The translations under genes and the position numbers were made by a program. Below, piece after piece: positions 10,968 through 23,501 of a stretch of 64,000 nt of DNA. The notes beneath the pieces were generated by a model, which was not told the DNA's origin, did no database searches, and saw only the letters and a list, made by a program, of their open reading frames with translations. The DNA comes from Lepidodermella squamata (lineage: Eukaryota > Animalia > Gastrotricha). Where the stretch lies: positions 1,798,001 through 1,862,000 of the forward strand of contig JBLDXI010000002.1 of NCBI GenBank assembly GCA_047495785.1. The letters are read 5' to 3'. How positions within the stretch are numbered: the first letter of the stretch is position 1; each line of letters opens with the position of its first letter.

Positions 10968-13900
10968 ATGTCTTGGTTCTCAGAAAGCGCCAAGTTGGTA
11001 CTGCTCGCCAACGCCGTCGTTCAGTTTCTGCTGTTTTTCGACGGCGTACTGTCGTTCGGCGCCAAGGTGCGCCAACTCGAGCCGCCTCAGCGCGGCGTCG
11101 GCGTGCTGGTCGCCTCGGATGAGACGGACGCAGCTGCCGGTGGTGCTACTTCGATTTCGTTCAATTTAGAGTTTGCCAAAACAAGCCGTTCGGCTGAGAT
11201 TTACCTCATCGATAACATTGGCCGCGTGCCGGGCTTCTACGACCAGACTTACAAGCAGAAAGTTGGCGTGCAGATCCGCCGAATTTTTCGCAGCGGCCCT
11301 AACAGCAATGCTACAATAAACGCATATTATCAATGGCCTGCAGGTAAATAAATAAATTTTCGCTGAAATTTATTTAAATTAAGGAGGAATTTTTCTCGTT
11401 TTTTTCTGAATTTTCGGGTAAAATTCTAATTTTTAATTCAGCCACGAAATTTGAATTCCCAATCAGTAACGGCGGGAAAGGAATTAATCTCAATTTCTCA
11501 TGTCAGTTTTTACTTTTTACCTCCTAATGGACTAATGGACGAATAAATTTGAATTTAGAATTTAGAACCTTATTTAGCAGCTTTTGGATAGCTTTAGACC
11601 TGAATTTAGAAGCTTTGGATAGGAAAATGAAAATATTTGGTGCTCATTTTTAGTGGAAAAAAATTAAGCTGAATCTAAGGTTGAACCAATTTTTCAAAAG
11701 CTAAAATAATTCAATTTTTCATACTTTTTTATTATTTTTTGTCGTAAAAAAGATTCGTAAAAAATTTGAAAAAATGTGCAACATAATTTGGGCTCTCTGA
11801 ATTGAAAACCTGGACCTTACCCAGCTTAATGGGATTTTCTAGAATAGAGACATATTTATAATAGTTGATTTTCTCTGTTTAGTCATTACCGTAACGTGGT
11901 CTTATTTCGGACAAAAACCTGTTTTTCGGGCTTAATTCTGTGAGGTGAACGAATTTTTTGACGTACTTTGCGCCAACAGATGCACCTTGAAAAACTGCAT
12001 ATCCTAGTGTTAATCGCGGTTAAAATATACCTTCTCCAGCACAGGTATTCACAGGTATTCACGGGTAACTGACTCGGCTAATTTCGGACACAACTGGGGT
12101 AATTTCGGACAGCTGAGTGTGAATATTTAGATTAGGGCCAAAGTTCACAATAAAGCGAGATAAAATTTGTGAGCAGATTTAAAAAGAAAAAAATAAATTG
12201 CATGTTGAGGGATTTGAACCCTCGATAGCGAATTGGTGCTCTCAACGCAGTTCAGTGCTATTCTCACTAAAATATTAAAGTTTAAAAACTGTCAAGGTCG
12301 ATTGAATTCTCTGTAGTTGGAGGCTGTCCGAAATTAGACGGGGGTTATCGGTTTTTCTGGCGGAATTTCAGGAAAAATGTCCCGTTGAAATTTCTTCCAA
12401 ACATGCCAGCCTAACTGAATTCGATGGGCTCTTTCTTTCGCGCTTCTATCCGGCAAAAAATACTGCCATTTGAAAAAGTTTTCAATTTTTTACCTCGGCG
12501 CTCACCTGCGAATAAGTACAACCGTTCTTCGAAAACAAATCCGTTTTTCATGTTTCAGGCGCCATTTGAAAGACAAGACTCTAGGCTATCTCCTGCATTT
12601 TGAACAGTATTTTTATCTACCAGGGTTGTGGAGAAACTCACGCTCAAAGCCAAAAGTGTCCGAAATTACCCTGTCCGAAAAAGGACTGCGTTACAGTATG
12701 GGATTTTTATTGGCTTCGAGTTTCTTGAATGACAGGATTTCAGTGGGTTAAATCATTTTTTCCTGCAATTATTTGATAGCTGGTATTCGAGGTTGGAGTG
12801 AGGATTTGATATCCGCCGATGCGATATTCGGCAATTCGATATGGATCGATATCGCGATCGATCGGCAGGTGTTCAAGAACCCCGTCATTCAAATCTTCGA
12901 CTCGGGCCGGCAGAAGGCCCTGTTCACGAGCAACTTCAACGGCCGGACCGACTACTCACTGCGGCCCAAGGTCGAGTACCGAGTGATATCCGATATGCCA
13001 TTTTCCGTTCTATCTGTTCTTTCATTCATCGGCCACGATACGGCTCAGAAGTGGAGCGAGGAGTATGCCGCCAACTTTTCAACCCCATCACCGTCGGTTC
13101 CAACTATTCGCATCGATGAGAATGAATTAACTTCAACAGCTCTACCAATAACTACCCTGGCTTCAACAATAAGTTCGTTCAATGGAAAAATTTAGTGCGC
13201 ACCTTAAAGTTCAGGTTCCAGCTTTTCCCAAAATAAGGTTCAGGATTAGAAATTTAGAGCTGGAACCTCAATTTTAGTGTTGCGAATAATTATACCCAAA
13301 AATGGATCCTCCTTAAATTATTTTTTTCTCAATTTCTAGACGCTGGACAGCCGATTATTATTCAGTTTCCTGATTATAATAATGAAGGAAATCAGGGTGA
13401 TATGAACAAGGCTCCTCAGGCGATAGTTTCCACGACCGCGGCGTCGGGTACCACGGTGAAACCGGCTCACAACCCTCACGGGGGTGGCCACGGCAGTGCG
13501 ACGACGCCGGCTACGTCACGTGCTATCTACGAAAGCTGGCTGCCACCGCCGACATGGCTACTCATCACCTCCGGCTGTCTACTCTTCTTCCTATTCATCG
13601 TTTTCACCGGAACCGTTCTCTACCTATGCTCACGCCGGCCGGGTTTCATATTCGTGACCGAAGAAGACGCGACTTTGAACCACCTGCACGGCAAAGACGG
13701 GCGAAAACTGCCGGACAGGGCGTTGTACAGCGGCTCGTCGTCCGCCTCGCCGACCATGTCGCCGCACCCGATGACTGCCGCCGGCACCCTACGGTACCCG
13801 CACCACCACCACAACGCGGCGACGAGCGGCAGCGAAGACGGCGCGCATGGCTCAACGTCGCCGATGATGCCGGACAGCCCGGACGAGGCTGATGTGACGT

Positions 13901-14106
13901 CTGGCCAGCAGCAGAAAATGATGCCGAGCGGCGTAGTCTTTCGCTATACGCAGTCCATGTCGCACGGCGGTGCTGCCCAGGCTCAGCGAGCTGGCCTCGT
14001 CGTGACCTACTCTGATGTGACGAATGACGAAGACGAAGATGTTTACAACACTGAGACGCTGCCCAGACGGCAACAAGTGCTATTCGCGCCATCTACAAAG
14101 CGATGA
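10968..14106 (+). CDS. Orphan type-I single-pass membrane protein (exons 10968-11343, 12780-13172, 13340-14106)
   Basis: N-terminal hydrophobic signal, about 250-aa ectodomain, Ser/Thr stalk, TM WLLITSGCLLFFLFIVFTGTVLYLC, cytoplasmic tail with poly-His, SP sites and acidic DEDVY; phase-1 GT-AG junctions are consistent. Confidence 0.75.
11889..12696. mobile_element. Non-autonomous TIR DNA transposon (Tc1/mariner/pogo-like) in intron 1 of the membrane gene
   Basis: Imperfect TIRs CCGTAACGTGGTCTTATTTCGGACA ... TGTCCGAAAAAGGACTGCGTTACAG flanked by TA on both sides; internal AATTTCGGACA / TGTCCGAAATT subterminal repeats near 12080, 12101, 12325, 12657; no transposase ORF. Confidence 0.7.
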
Positions 14107-14416
14107 ATTCAGCCTAAAACTCCCATGTAAAAAATGACCGTTAACAAGTGAAATGTGGGCTTTGGCGCATTTTCTGAATTTTCAACCAAATGGCAAAACG
14201 TTTGTTGGCTTGAAGATGGGTGCTTCTTGGATTCGGAGATCTCCTAGCTCAGTTTTTCTTGAGGATTTTGAATTTTTAAAATTCAGACCTCCAGGAGGCT
14301 CCCATCCACCTCAACAGAAGGGAAAAGGCTTATCGATTTAGGATGACATGGAAGCACTAGCTTGATTCCATCGAAACTTCTGAAAATCTTGCAATATTCC
14401 TCACCTCAGATTGGTA

Positions 14417-14597
14417 CGGCGACAAAACAGCAACTTCGCAGAACAGCAAACGCGACAAAACAGCAAATTTTAACTTCGCGACAAAACAGCGAAAACATAC
14501 GATGCAAAAGATGCACCGTGTTTCTGTTGTTATGTCGCAAAATAACAAATTTGCTCTTTTGTCGCCTTTGCTGTTTTGGGTATTTGCTGTTATGACG
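14417..14597. mobile_element. Palindromic MITE-like repeat, family copy 1
   Basis: Arms of GACAAAACAGCAA / TTGCTGTTTTGTC units; essentially the reverse complement of 54797-54952 and similar to 41432-41699. Confidence 0.75.
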
Positions 14598-16572
14598 ATT
14601 ACCTAAAAAATCTCGACTGCGCATAGGGAAATAACGTCAGAATTTATTTGTATTATTATCTAATTATTATTGCGTCTAATTATTAATTGATGCAATAAAA
14701 ACTCAATTTTTTAAGCGCGCACTTCCGAAATTAGCAATTTGCACCCCGTAAACTTTGAAGCCCATTTTCTCAGCAACCGTGATGACTATCAACCTCTTTT
14801 TGATATCGTTCGACTCCTCGTTCATTGATCTTGAAAGCGGCATCAAAATCTCACAAATGTCGCTAAACCCCGCTTTTCACTTGTTAACGGTCAAATAGGC
14901 TCAAGGATCGATAATTCAACCCTTAAAAAATCACAATCGCAATAAAATTCAACTTTATTTTTTAATTGTTTCAAAAAGGACCATATACTATAAGATTGTA
15001 CGAGGTTCCCCAACAATTATCTCGTTCTATTTTTGTAAAGAAAATGTAATTTCTAGCTTTATGGAAATTTGCACCTGAACGTGAGAAATTTAAGCAACAC
15101 CTCTCAATACACCTTCATTATTGCAAGTTATGTGAAAAGCTTGTGTCGCTATATTTATTGTCTCTCGTTGTTTCTCTCCCGAAAAATGACAATATTATAT
15201 AAACAAAAGCTGTAAATTGAAAATCCTTTGAATATTTTTACCAAACATTGTTATCGTTCTGTTATTATTTATATAAAACATACATTTTTTGATCTGGAAT
15301 GAAATAAAAATCTATTGAATGAGTATTGAACATGAAGGCATTTTTGGGATAAACACAATAATCTTTGATCACGCGGTTGTTTTTCACACAAATTTAAAAC
15401 GTGTATTGATATATTTTGAGAATTTCTCATCTAAAAATAATTATTTTTTTCGGGGCCCGGGCCTTTATGAGAGTGTTGACAAAGTTTTAATTTCGAGAGC
15501 GCTAACGAGCGTATTTTTTGTTGGCGCGCGCGAGCTGCGCGTGATAACGCAATTCGTGACACTTTGCGCTGCACCGAGCTGTCAAGTTTAAGGTTATAGG
15601 AAAAAGATTACCATAAGCTTCAAGCTTTTTTACCTGGAAGCTTTAATCAAATAATAGTATTTTCTCAATTTCCAGTAAAACACAACTATAATTAACTGTC
15701 ACTCGTTTTATGGTAATAGAGCTTTTAGCTGATGAACTTGATTTTACTAGAAGATATGCAGCAGCCGGATGCACTCTTTCACTGCCGTAGCTACTGTAGT
15801 CTGAAATTAAGAGTAAATCTAGCCCGTTGATGAAGCGAGACTTTGACGTGCGGCATTGGCTTTAACACTCAATATTTATTTAAATTTACAGCTACGTTCA
15901 TTGCAACAACGTTGTCAAAATATTTACGAAACAAAGATAGCAACAGTTGTAATTTTACCATTTTTGGGCACCTTCGCGATGGCTTTCTCGAGGCGCTGTG
16001 TGATAATATCATTAGTGAAAACCTTTGAGTAAATATTAGCGCCTAATTCATAGACACATTAAAGCGGCGACCATTTTTATTCATTTTTTTTCAATAATCG
16101 CAAGCGGTAGCATTTTTCGTAAAATAAATGATATAAATGCTCGAAATCTAACGATCCATCACAGCGGTCGAAACGCTTGATTGTTTTTCGTACATAATAT
16201 TTCGGCGCCATTTTATGTTTTCATTAAGCAGTTACGCGCGTCGTTAATGTTTTTTACGCGCTTTTTGTTGGTTAATAATACGCTCGTCACATGTATAAGC
16301 GGAAGATAATAGATAGACTACCTGTATAGACCCGCAGCGTGGTATTGGTTTTATAGTCGAGCGAATCCCCGCATGGCTGAAACCTGCCTCGCTGCGACCA
16401 CATGCTGCCTTAAGAGGCCAAATTTTTATAGCGACAGTCTTATTACTAGGCTATTGTAGCCGATGTTTATCTCCATTATTTTTATTGTAAAATTTATTTA
16501 AGCCTGAAATTATTTTTCTTTCATGAAGATATTTAGCCTTGATATGAAACGCGCTTTAACCTGCAATTTAGG

Positions 16573-18236
16573 ATGTTTTTAAGGCGGTTGAAGCCGCCTA
16601 ATGTGCGGCGAATTTTGACAATTTTAAGCTGGATTTTTTTAATTTTTACTCAACAATCAACCTCAGCGCGCGTTATCGATGTTTACTCTGTTCAGCCTCT
16701 CAGCAATAAAGCTGCGCTGGAGAGTGGCGGGAGTCAGCTATGCAACGCCATCAATTCGTCGCGGTTTTTTAGGTCCATCATATTCTGCTGCCGTGATCAG
16801 CTTTACAAAAAATCTGACTCGCAGCTGAGCCCGCAATTTTTCCGATGTTGCCAAGGGTCTGGGCTGTTCACGGATTCGGAAAGCGCGAAATGTTGCGGTC
16901 AGATGTTGTATGAGCCCGAAATTGAATACTGCCATCAGGACAGCTTCGTCCTACCGATTCGGCCTGATTTACCGCAAATCCCATGGCCACATCCTGTTGA
17001 ATCGATTTCAACGCAGCAAATCGAAATTAAGCCCGAATTCACTTTCAACCACGCCGCTGAACATGAACGGCGAGTTAAGGCTGGTCCATCGCAATGGGAC
17101 TCGGCAATCTGGTTAAATTGCAGCGGCCGGCTGGTCTACAACCCCGAGGGTCGGCAGGCGTCAAAGCTAGACTGCTGCGGCCAGATGCCATTCAAGCGTG
17201 ACCGATTTCACTGCGTCAACGGCGCGCTACTCGAAATCGAATACACAAACGGGCAATGGCTGCCGCATGAAGATGAGGATAAAGATTCAACGCAAGTATT
17301 ACCCTTCGCCGATGCTAATGGCCTGTTATCGGCCAATCAAAGATCGGCATTGCTGCGATGCTCCGGCGTGTGGTATTCGATTTCCTTCACGAAAATGTTC
17401 ATGCATGGGTATAACTCGGTTAACCAACGCTACTCGTGCTGTGGCCAGCAAATCTACGACGTCTACGACAGCCACTGCACCGAGCAAAATACCGTTAAAT
17501 ACCGATCTGTACCGGACTTCACTTACTCCGGACCAATTCGGCATACAATGTGAGTTATCTAAATTAAGGCGGATTTTCCTTGTTGAAAAAAAGTTTTAGG
17601 ATTATGTGCGGAGATTTTAATGCGATCGGTTGGCGACCTGACCTTGGCATAACGCCAGCGATAACTTATCTCGTCGATAATTCGCTGCCTGTTGAACGGC
17701 AGCCAGATGCGTGCTGCGGTCTGCAGCTGTACAATAAAGCTCGTTACGGTTGTTCCGTAAATGGCATCTACCCTTTGAACAACAAAGCGTCTAGGCTGAA
17801 TGATGATTTTAAGCCGCCACGGTGTGTGAACGGCCGCATCGTTTTCCCGCGAGATGGAGGCGGGCTATCGCGGTATTGGCAGTGCTGCGGAACAAGGTCC
17901 TACAACACCTTGGACTCGAATTGTTGCGGCTCCACTGTGGTCTCGCGGTATTTGCAATAAACAAATTAATCTTTTAATTTTTAAAATTAAAATTAAATTA
18001 ATTAAAATTTCAATCAATTTTCTTAACTTAAAATTTCAGTTTCAAATTTTTCAAATTTTAAATTTAATTTTTTAAACAGGAAAGCCAGTTATCTTTGCTG
18101 TCAGGGTGTCTACTACAGCGTTGCGAGTCAACATGGCGAAAAGTTCGAATGTTGCGGCCGAAATCGCATCGACAGCCGATTTTATTACTGCTTCAACGGC
18201 GAAATTCGTCACGGTCATAGGCTTCAAGCGGAGTAG
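16573..18236 (+). CDS. Galaxin-like secreted cysteine-rich protein (exons approx. 16573-17549, 17600-17947, 18080-18236)
   Basis: Signal peptide; many di-cysteine repeats (CCG..Y....CC, C.G..Y) such as KCCGQMLYEPEIEYC, DCCGQMPF, SCCGQQIYD, ACCGLQLYN, QCCGTRSYNTLDSNCCG, ECCGRNRID; splice sites restore the frame. Confidence 0.75.
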
Positions 18237-18780
18237 TGAAATTTGGCCACCAGCGCGATGATATACGAGCGAAGAATCAAGTTCCTTATATGTATTATTT
18301 TACCAAATGCTTTCTGTCTGTACATATTTGTAGAAACTTTAGCTTGGAAACATCATCATATCGTCTGTACATTTTTTGTAGTGTTTTCAAAAAACTGCTG
18401 TATATTCCAATTATGCGATCAATATTTTTTGAAAAAGAACAAAAGTAAAATGAGCTGATTTTCGAGATGTCTATTAAACGATTATTAAGCCTACTAGGTT
18501 AGCCCCCAGACTGAGGCCAAAAAGGCTGGACGGCTCCACTTGGGGATATTTTGTCGCATAGGGATGTAGCAAATCTCGTATGATTCAACCTTTTTGTTTT
18601 AGCAAAATTTACCCAACTGACTTTGAAGCTGTGAAATTGAAATTAAAGTGATGTCCCATGACGTTTCATTCGAGTTTAAAATTTTTGTATTTACGGCGCT
18701 CGATGGATCGATTTTGCGAGAATGATCTCTTAGGTCATTCAGGACAACTTTTACGAGGTTAAAAGCAATAAAATTTAAAA

Positions 18781-18810
18781 TTAAATTAAATTAAATTAAA
18801 TTAAATTAAA
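18781..18810 (+). repeat. (TTAAA)6 microsatellite
   Basis: Perfect pentamer repeat read directly from the sequence. Confidence 0.9.
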
Positions 18811-18937
18811 AACCGCAATAATTTTTGTTGCTTGTTCATCACATTACAAACAATGGGAAATTTTACTCTTGATTTCCGGATAATATAAAAATTTCTAAAA
18901 AAATTATAAAGCACAGGGTATCGTTTAATTTTGAAAT

Positions 18938-20125
18938 TTAAACGTAGAAAACAAGGGGAACAGTTCCAGTAATGATGATACCGATAATAAAGCAGATAAC
19001 GTCAACCCTCGCCATAATTTCGTGCCGTTTCTTTTCAGTCATCACCTCCTTGTACTTGGCCGACGTGAAGGAAGGGCACAACAGGGTCCCATCCAGCCAT
19101 TTTAGGGCAGCAATTGATTGCGCGATATAGGCTACGCAAACACCTGATAAATAACCGATGACCACAATAATTCCACATCGCTCCGAGGAAGCTGGCAGAA
19201 CCGATGTGACAGACGATTGAATGACCCAGAATGACAGCAATATGACAAGGAAAAAACTCGGCCTCTCCGGGGTGTGTGGGTGCAGTAGACCGATGAGGAG
19301 TAACAGGGTGACTACAGCGCATGGCAATATGATTGTAACCGAAAAATATTGCCGATTTCGGACGCAGGTGAACGAGTACTTCGCGCCACTGAAATTTGTA
19401 GGCGACGTTACATTTTCCCATGTCACATCAATCATAGTCCAAACGTCGCTTTCTTTGCTTGAAAATTTGTTTAGAAACAACACACCCTTTGTACTAGTGG
19501 GCGGGGCGTAGAATTTCACCTTTGTATCACCCTCAGGCGCGGCTACTACGGTGGTGCAGATGTGGGGAGGGTCGAATGGGAAGTTTCTCAAGTCCAGTTG
19601 GCACTTGATATCGAAATTGCCGAGGACCAGCCACACAATTTTACTGCTCGGGTTCTTATCGGTAGGCCAGATGATCTCAAGCTCGAGGTCTTCACGCGTC
19701 TTTAAACTCCACAAAGTTTTCGCCTCGTCGACAGCGTCTGAGAAGAAGACAATCGGCGCCCAGATCATCGAGGCCGGTACGAACTGGTTTTTCATCCGTC
19801 GCGTTCGATTTGAGGATCGGAAAATCTGCGTTACGTAATCGTCACTCCACGACAGCTGAACCGCGCCTGCGAATGTCCCGGCCTGAATTGTATCGGTAAT
19901 TCCGTTGAATTTTTTCACCTCCAGTCGGATTTCGATCGGAACTGGGCGCTGGCCGTTGCTCATTGGCGGGACAAGACCTCGGTAGGGGTAGTTTTTTTCG
20001 AGCTGTATGACCAGGTCGCCCTCCTCGTCCGACAAGAGGCTTTCATCAGCAGCAGGCTCAGCTCCATAGCCAGAGCATATCTCTGATGTCAAAATTCCAA
20101 AAATCAGGATTAATCGTTTTGGCAT
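18938..20125 (-). CDS. Atypical nAChR-like pentameric ligand-gated ion channel subunit 1 (intronless)
   Basis: Signal peptide, W.DD and IWAP motifs, Cys-loop CQLDLRNFPFDPPHIC, pre-M1 R, four TM helices with M2 ERPSFFLVILLSFWVIQSSVTSVLP, very short M3-M4 loop. Confidence 0.9.
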   Translation of the reverse strand: MPKRLILIFGILTSEICSGYGAEPAADESLLSDEEGDLVIQLEKNYPYRGLVPPMSNGQRPVPIEIRLEVKKFNGITDTIQAGTFAGAVQLSWSDDYVTQIFRSSNRTRRMKNQFVPASMIWAPIVFFSDAVDEAKTLWSLKTREDLELEIIWPTDKNPSSKIVWLVLGNFDIKCQLDLRNFPFDPPHICTTVVAAPEGDTKVKFYAPPTSTKGVLFLNKFSSKESDVWTMIDVTWENVTSPTNFSGAKYSFTCVRNRQYFSVTIILPCAVVTLLLLIGLLHPHTPERPSFFLVILLSFWVIQSSVTSVLPASSERCGIIVVIGYLSGVCVAYIAQSIAALKWLDGTLLCPSFTSAKYKEVMTEKKRHEIMARVDVICFIIGIIITGTVPLVFYV

Positions 20126-20384
20126 GGAAGTTTCGAGAAAGGCAGCATTAATAGTTTTTTAGCTAGCTAATGATATCTATTGCATATAGTCCCAATTGTC
20201 AACAGTCAATTAAAGTGAGTCATTGTTATTCTAATTATCTTGAGAATTACCTTTTATTATATCGGCTACAAGTGCGTTGATTTTTTGCTTTCCGATTTTC
20301 ATCGTTGTTACCACCATTTAATAGCGCGAAAAAGTCTATCAAATCGATCGTTCCGATATGTTTATTTCATGAGTTTGAGTGCAA

Positions 20385-21614
20385 TTAAAAGTAATAAAAA
20401 ACAATCGGTATCGTTCCGGTAATAACCAGGCCAATTACGAAGCAGCCAATGTCAACTTTAGACAGAATCGCCAATTTTTCTTCTCTCGTTATATGCCGCT
20501 TGCTGTCTTCACCGAAAAAGAGCGGTACCGCCCAGGCACCATCCAGCCATTTGAGGATGCAAACAGATTGGGCAATGTAGAGTATTGAAACGCATGATAA
20601 GTACCCGATACAATTCAAAATTCCACATCGGTCTGAAGATTTAGGTAGGACCGACGTGACAGACGATTGGATGACCCAGAAGGAGAGGAGAATTACAAGG
20701 AAAAAACCCGACCTTTCCGGGGTGTGGGGGTGGAATAGGCCGGCCTGTAGCAACAGGGTGACTACAACGCAGGGCAAGATAATGGTAACCACAAAGTACT
20801 GCCGGTCTCTCGTGCAGATGAATCTGAACATCGCGACCGATAGATTGGTTGGCGAAGACTTGTTCTGCCACTCAACCTCATCGATAGTCCAGACATCCCC
20901 CAAACGACTTTTATCGCCGCGTAAAAACACAACGCCTTGTCCATTCTGGGGCGTAGTATGAAACCTAACTTTACCAGGGCCTTCAGGCGCAACAATTGTC
21001 ATGCTACAGGCGTGAGATGGGTCAAATGGGAAGAGGCTCAAATCCATTCGACAGCGAATGTCAAAAGTTCCGGAAACTAGCCATGTGATTTTGCTGTAGG
21101 AGTTCTTATCAGATGGCCAGGTAATCTCCAGCGATAGGTCCTTTCGAGTTTTCAAATTCCAAAGTATGCCTGACTTTTCCATCGCATTTCCGAAGAAGAC
21201 AATTGGCGCCCAAATCATCGATGCTGGGACGAATTGGCTAGTATTTGCCAAGGTTTTATTCCTGCGGAATGTTTGGAAAATCTCTGTTACGTAATCGTCG
21301 CTCCATTGCAGTTTGACGCCTCCAATGAACGATCCTATCTGTTCGGCATCTTCAATTCCGGTGAATTGTTTAAATTCCAGCGTGACTAGGACAGGAATGG
21401 GACGCTCGCCTCGACTTGATGGCGGAACCAAGGCATCGAATGGATAATGGTCTTTGAGCAATTTCAGCAACTCGCCTTCATCATCTGCTAAAGTATTCTC
21501 AGCATCTAAGGCTTGAAAGGAAACCGTAATAAGGAATATGAAACTTTTTAAGGTGACCATTAAACCAGCTGAGATACGAGTACTCTTTGCTTGCAAGAAG
21601 ATGTTACTCTTCAT
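20385..21614 (-). CDS. Atypical pLGIC subunit 2 (intronless; true start possibly ATG 21560)
   Basis: Paralog of the neighbours; Cys-loop CRMDLSLFPFDPSHAC; M2 ERSGFFLVILLSFWVIQSS. Confidence 0.9.
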   Translation of the reverse strand: MKSNIFLQAKSTRISAGLMVTLKSFIFLITVSFQALDAENTLADDEGELLKLLKDHYPFDALVPPSSRGERPIPVLVTLEFKQFTGIEDAEQIGSFIGGVKLQWSDDYVTEIFQTFRRNKTLANTSQFVPASMIWAPIVFFGNAMEKSGILWNLKTRKDLSLEITWPSDKNSYSKITWLVSGTFDIRCRMDLSLFPFDPSHACSMTIVAPEGPGKVRFHTTPQNGQGVVFLRGDKSRLGDVWTIDEVEWQNKSSPTNLSVAMFRFICTRDRQYFVVTIILPCVVVTLLLQAGLFHPHTPERSGFFLVILLSFWVIQSSVTSVLPKSSDRCGILNCIGYLSCVSILYIAQSVCILKWLDGAWAVPLFFGEDSKRHITREEKLAILSKVDIGCFVIGLVITGTIPIVFYYF

Positions 21615-21710
21615 GGAGTTATCTTGAAATGTTTAAACAGCTGCTCATCGATCAGGAAGAAAAACATGAGTTCAGGTTGATTCACATTTTATTTACTCAT
21701 CACCGAAAAT

Positions 21711-22925
21711 TCAAAGGTAGAAAACTATTGGTACTGTTGCCGTGATGATAAGGCCTACACAAAAGCAGACAATATCAACCACCGCAAGAATAGCTAGTCT
21801 TTCCTCACGCGTTTTCTTCGGCTTGTTCGAGGCAAGGAATTTCGGAATGACGTAGCTACCATCCAGCCATTTTAGGGCGTAAATCGACTGGGCTATGTAA
21901 AGCACGCTAACACAGGATAAATAGCCGATGCAGTTCAGAATTCCACAGCGTTCTGAAGATTTAGGCAAAACCGATGTGACAGATGACTGGATAACCCAGA
22001 AAGAGAGCAAAATGACCAGGAAAAAACTTGGCCGTTCAGGAGAATGTGGATGCAGCAACCCGGTCAGTAAAAGCAGGGTTACAACGAGACAGGGTAGTAT
22101 GATTGTAATGATAAAATATTGCCGATCTCGAGAGCAGATGAATGAATAAATCGCCGCTGACGTATTAGTGGGGGACGTAGTATTCCGCCATGTGACGCTG
22201 TCAATAGTCCAAACATCTCCTCCTTTACTCCTATCACCGTGAAGGAAGAGGATTCCTGTCTGCGAGGCAGGCGGGGCGTGAAACCTGACCTTGTCACTAC
22301 CCTCGGGGGAAGATACGATCAAATCGCAAGAATGGGATGAATCGAAAGGGAATAAGCGAAGATCCAATCGGCAACGAAAATCATAAGTTCCAAAGACTAG
22401 CCAGATCACCTTGCTGTACGGGTTACCCTCTGTCGGCCAAACGATTTCCAATTCGAGATCCCTTCGTGTCTTCAGGTTCCACACGGCATCCTCCTTATCA
22501 ACAGCATTCGAGAAGAAGACTAACGGTGCCCAAATCATGGACGCAGGTACAAACTGGCTCTGCATTCGCCGGGTGTTGTTGAATTTTGAGGATTGATAAA
22601 TTTGGGTTACGTAGTCATCGCTCCATGTAAGTTGGATCCCTCCGATGATAGAACCAGACTGAATGGCGTCTTCTATGCCGCTGAACTGTTTCACTTCAAT
22701 GGTGACTACAACCGGCACAGGGCGTTGGCCTTGGCTCATTGGCGTTACCAATCCATCATATGGGTACTTTTCCTTCAGGAGTGTCACCAACTCTCCTTCC
22801 TCATCAGCCAGTGATTTTCCGGGGGCCTCAATTGCCGCTGCTATAGAAGCGGCCATCAGGAAGAAAAAAGCGTAGGATAGGATCATGACTTGCCCATGAA
22901 GACTGAGATTGAGATCAAAATGCAT
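21711..22925 (-). CDS. Atypical pLGIC subunit 3 (intronless; true start possibly ATG 22886)
   Basis: Cys-loop CRLDLRLFPFDSSHSC; same four-TM region. Confidence 0.9.
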   Translation of the reverse strand: MHFDLNLSLHGQVMILSYAFFFLMAASIAAAIEAPGKSLADEEGELVTLLKEKYPYDGLVTPMSQGQRPVPVVVTIEVKQFSGIEDAIQSGSIIGGIQLTWSDDYVTQIYQSSKFNNTRRMQSQFVPASMIWAPLVFFSNAVDKEDAVWNLKTRRDLELEIVWPTEGNPYSKVIWLVFGTYDFRCRLDLRLFPFDSSHSCDLIVSSPEGSDKVRFHAPPASQTGILFLHGDRSKGGDVWTIDSVTWRNTTSPTNTSAAIYSFICSRDRQYFIITIILPCLVVTLLLLTGLLHPHSPERPSFFLVILLSFWVIQSSVTSVLPKSSERCGILNCIGYLSCVSVLYIAQSIYALKWLDGSYVIPKFLASNKPKKTREERLAILAVVDIVCFCVGLIITATVPIVFYL

Positions 22926-23501
22926 GTCTTGTTTTCACAGATTGGAATTCGCTCGCGTATGATAGTAGAATCAGCTGCTCATAAAATGCCGTAGTAATGA
23001 ATGCCAAAGCCAAACTATCATGGATATGCTCGAAAGTGAGCCTGCATGTAGATATCGAGTAATACGGTATCATTCATTATTAGATACTAGAAGTATGAAA
23101 GCTTACATTTTGCAGTATAAAACTTCCTCATGCTATTGTTATACGGCGTTTGTGTAGTCTGAAAGGTTTCGCTTGTATTGTCAATGATCTTCTATCTTCT
23201 TTTATGGGACCATGTTTCATTACAGAGTGTGAAAAAGGTATGGGCCTGAAATAGGAAAGCTGAAAGATCCTCGGCGCTAGGATACAAGCCGTCCGTAGTT
23301 GGCCTTGTTAAGCAGCATTCTCGCAATACTGGAATCCATAGATACCGCCCACTGGTAATCAAAATAATAGTAGAACGGTGAATTTCTGGTTAATAATTGG
23401 AGGCTTGTGTCATTTATTTACTTACAATCAAATGTTCGCTAAAAAGACTCAAATAGGTACTGAGTGAACTTATAGCAGCTAAGAAACCGGAAATTGCCTT
23501 T

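Noticed and set aside
14417-14597. Short repeated units as a CRISPR-like array
   Set aside because: Eukaryotic context, inverted arms, irregular spacing, no unique spacers and no cas genes.
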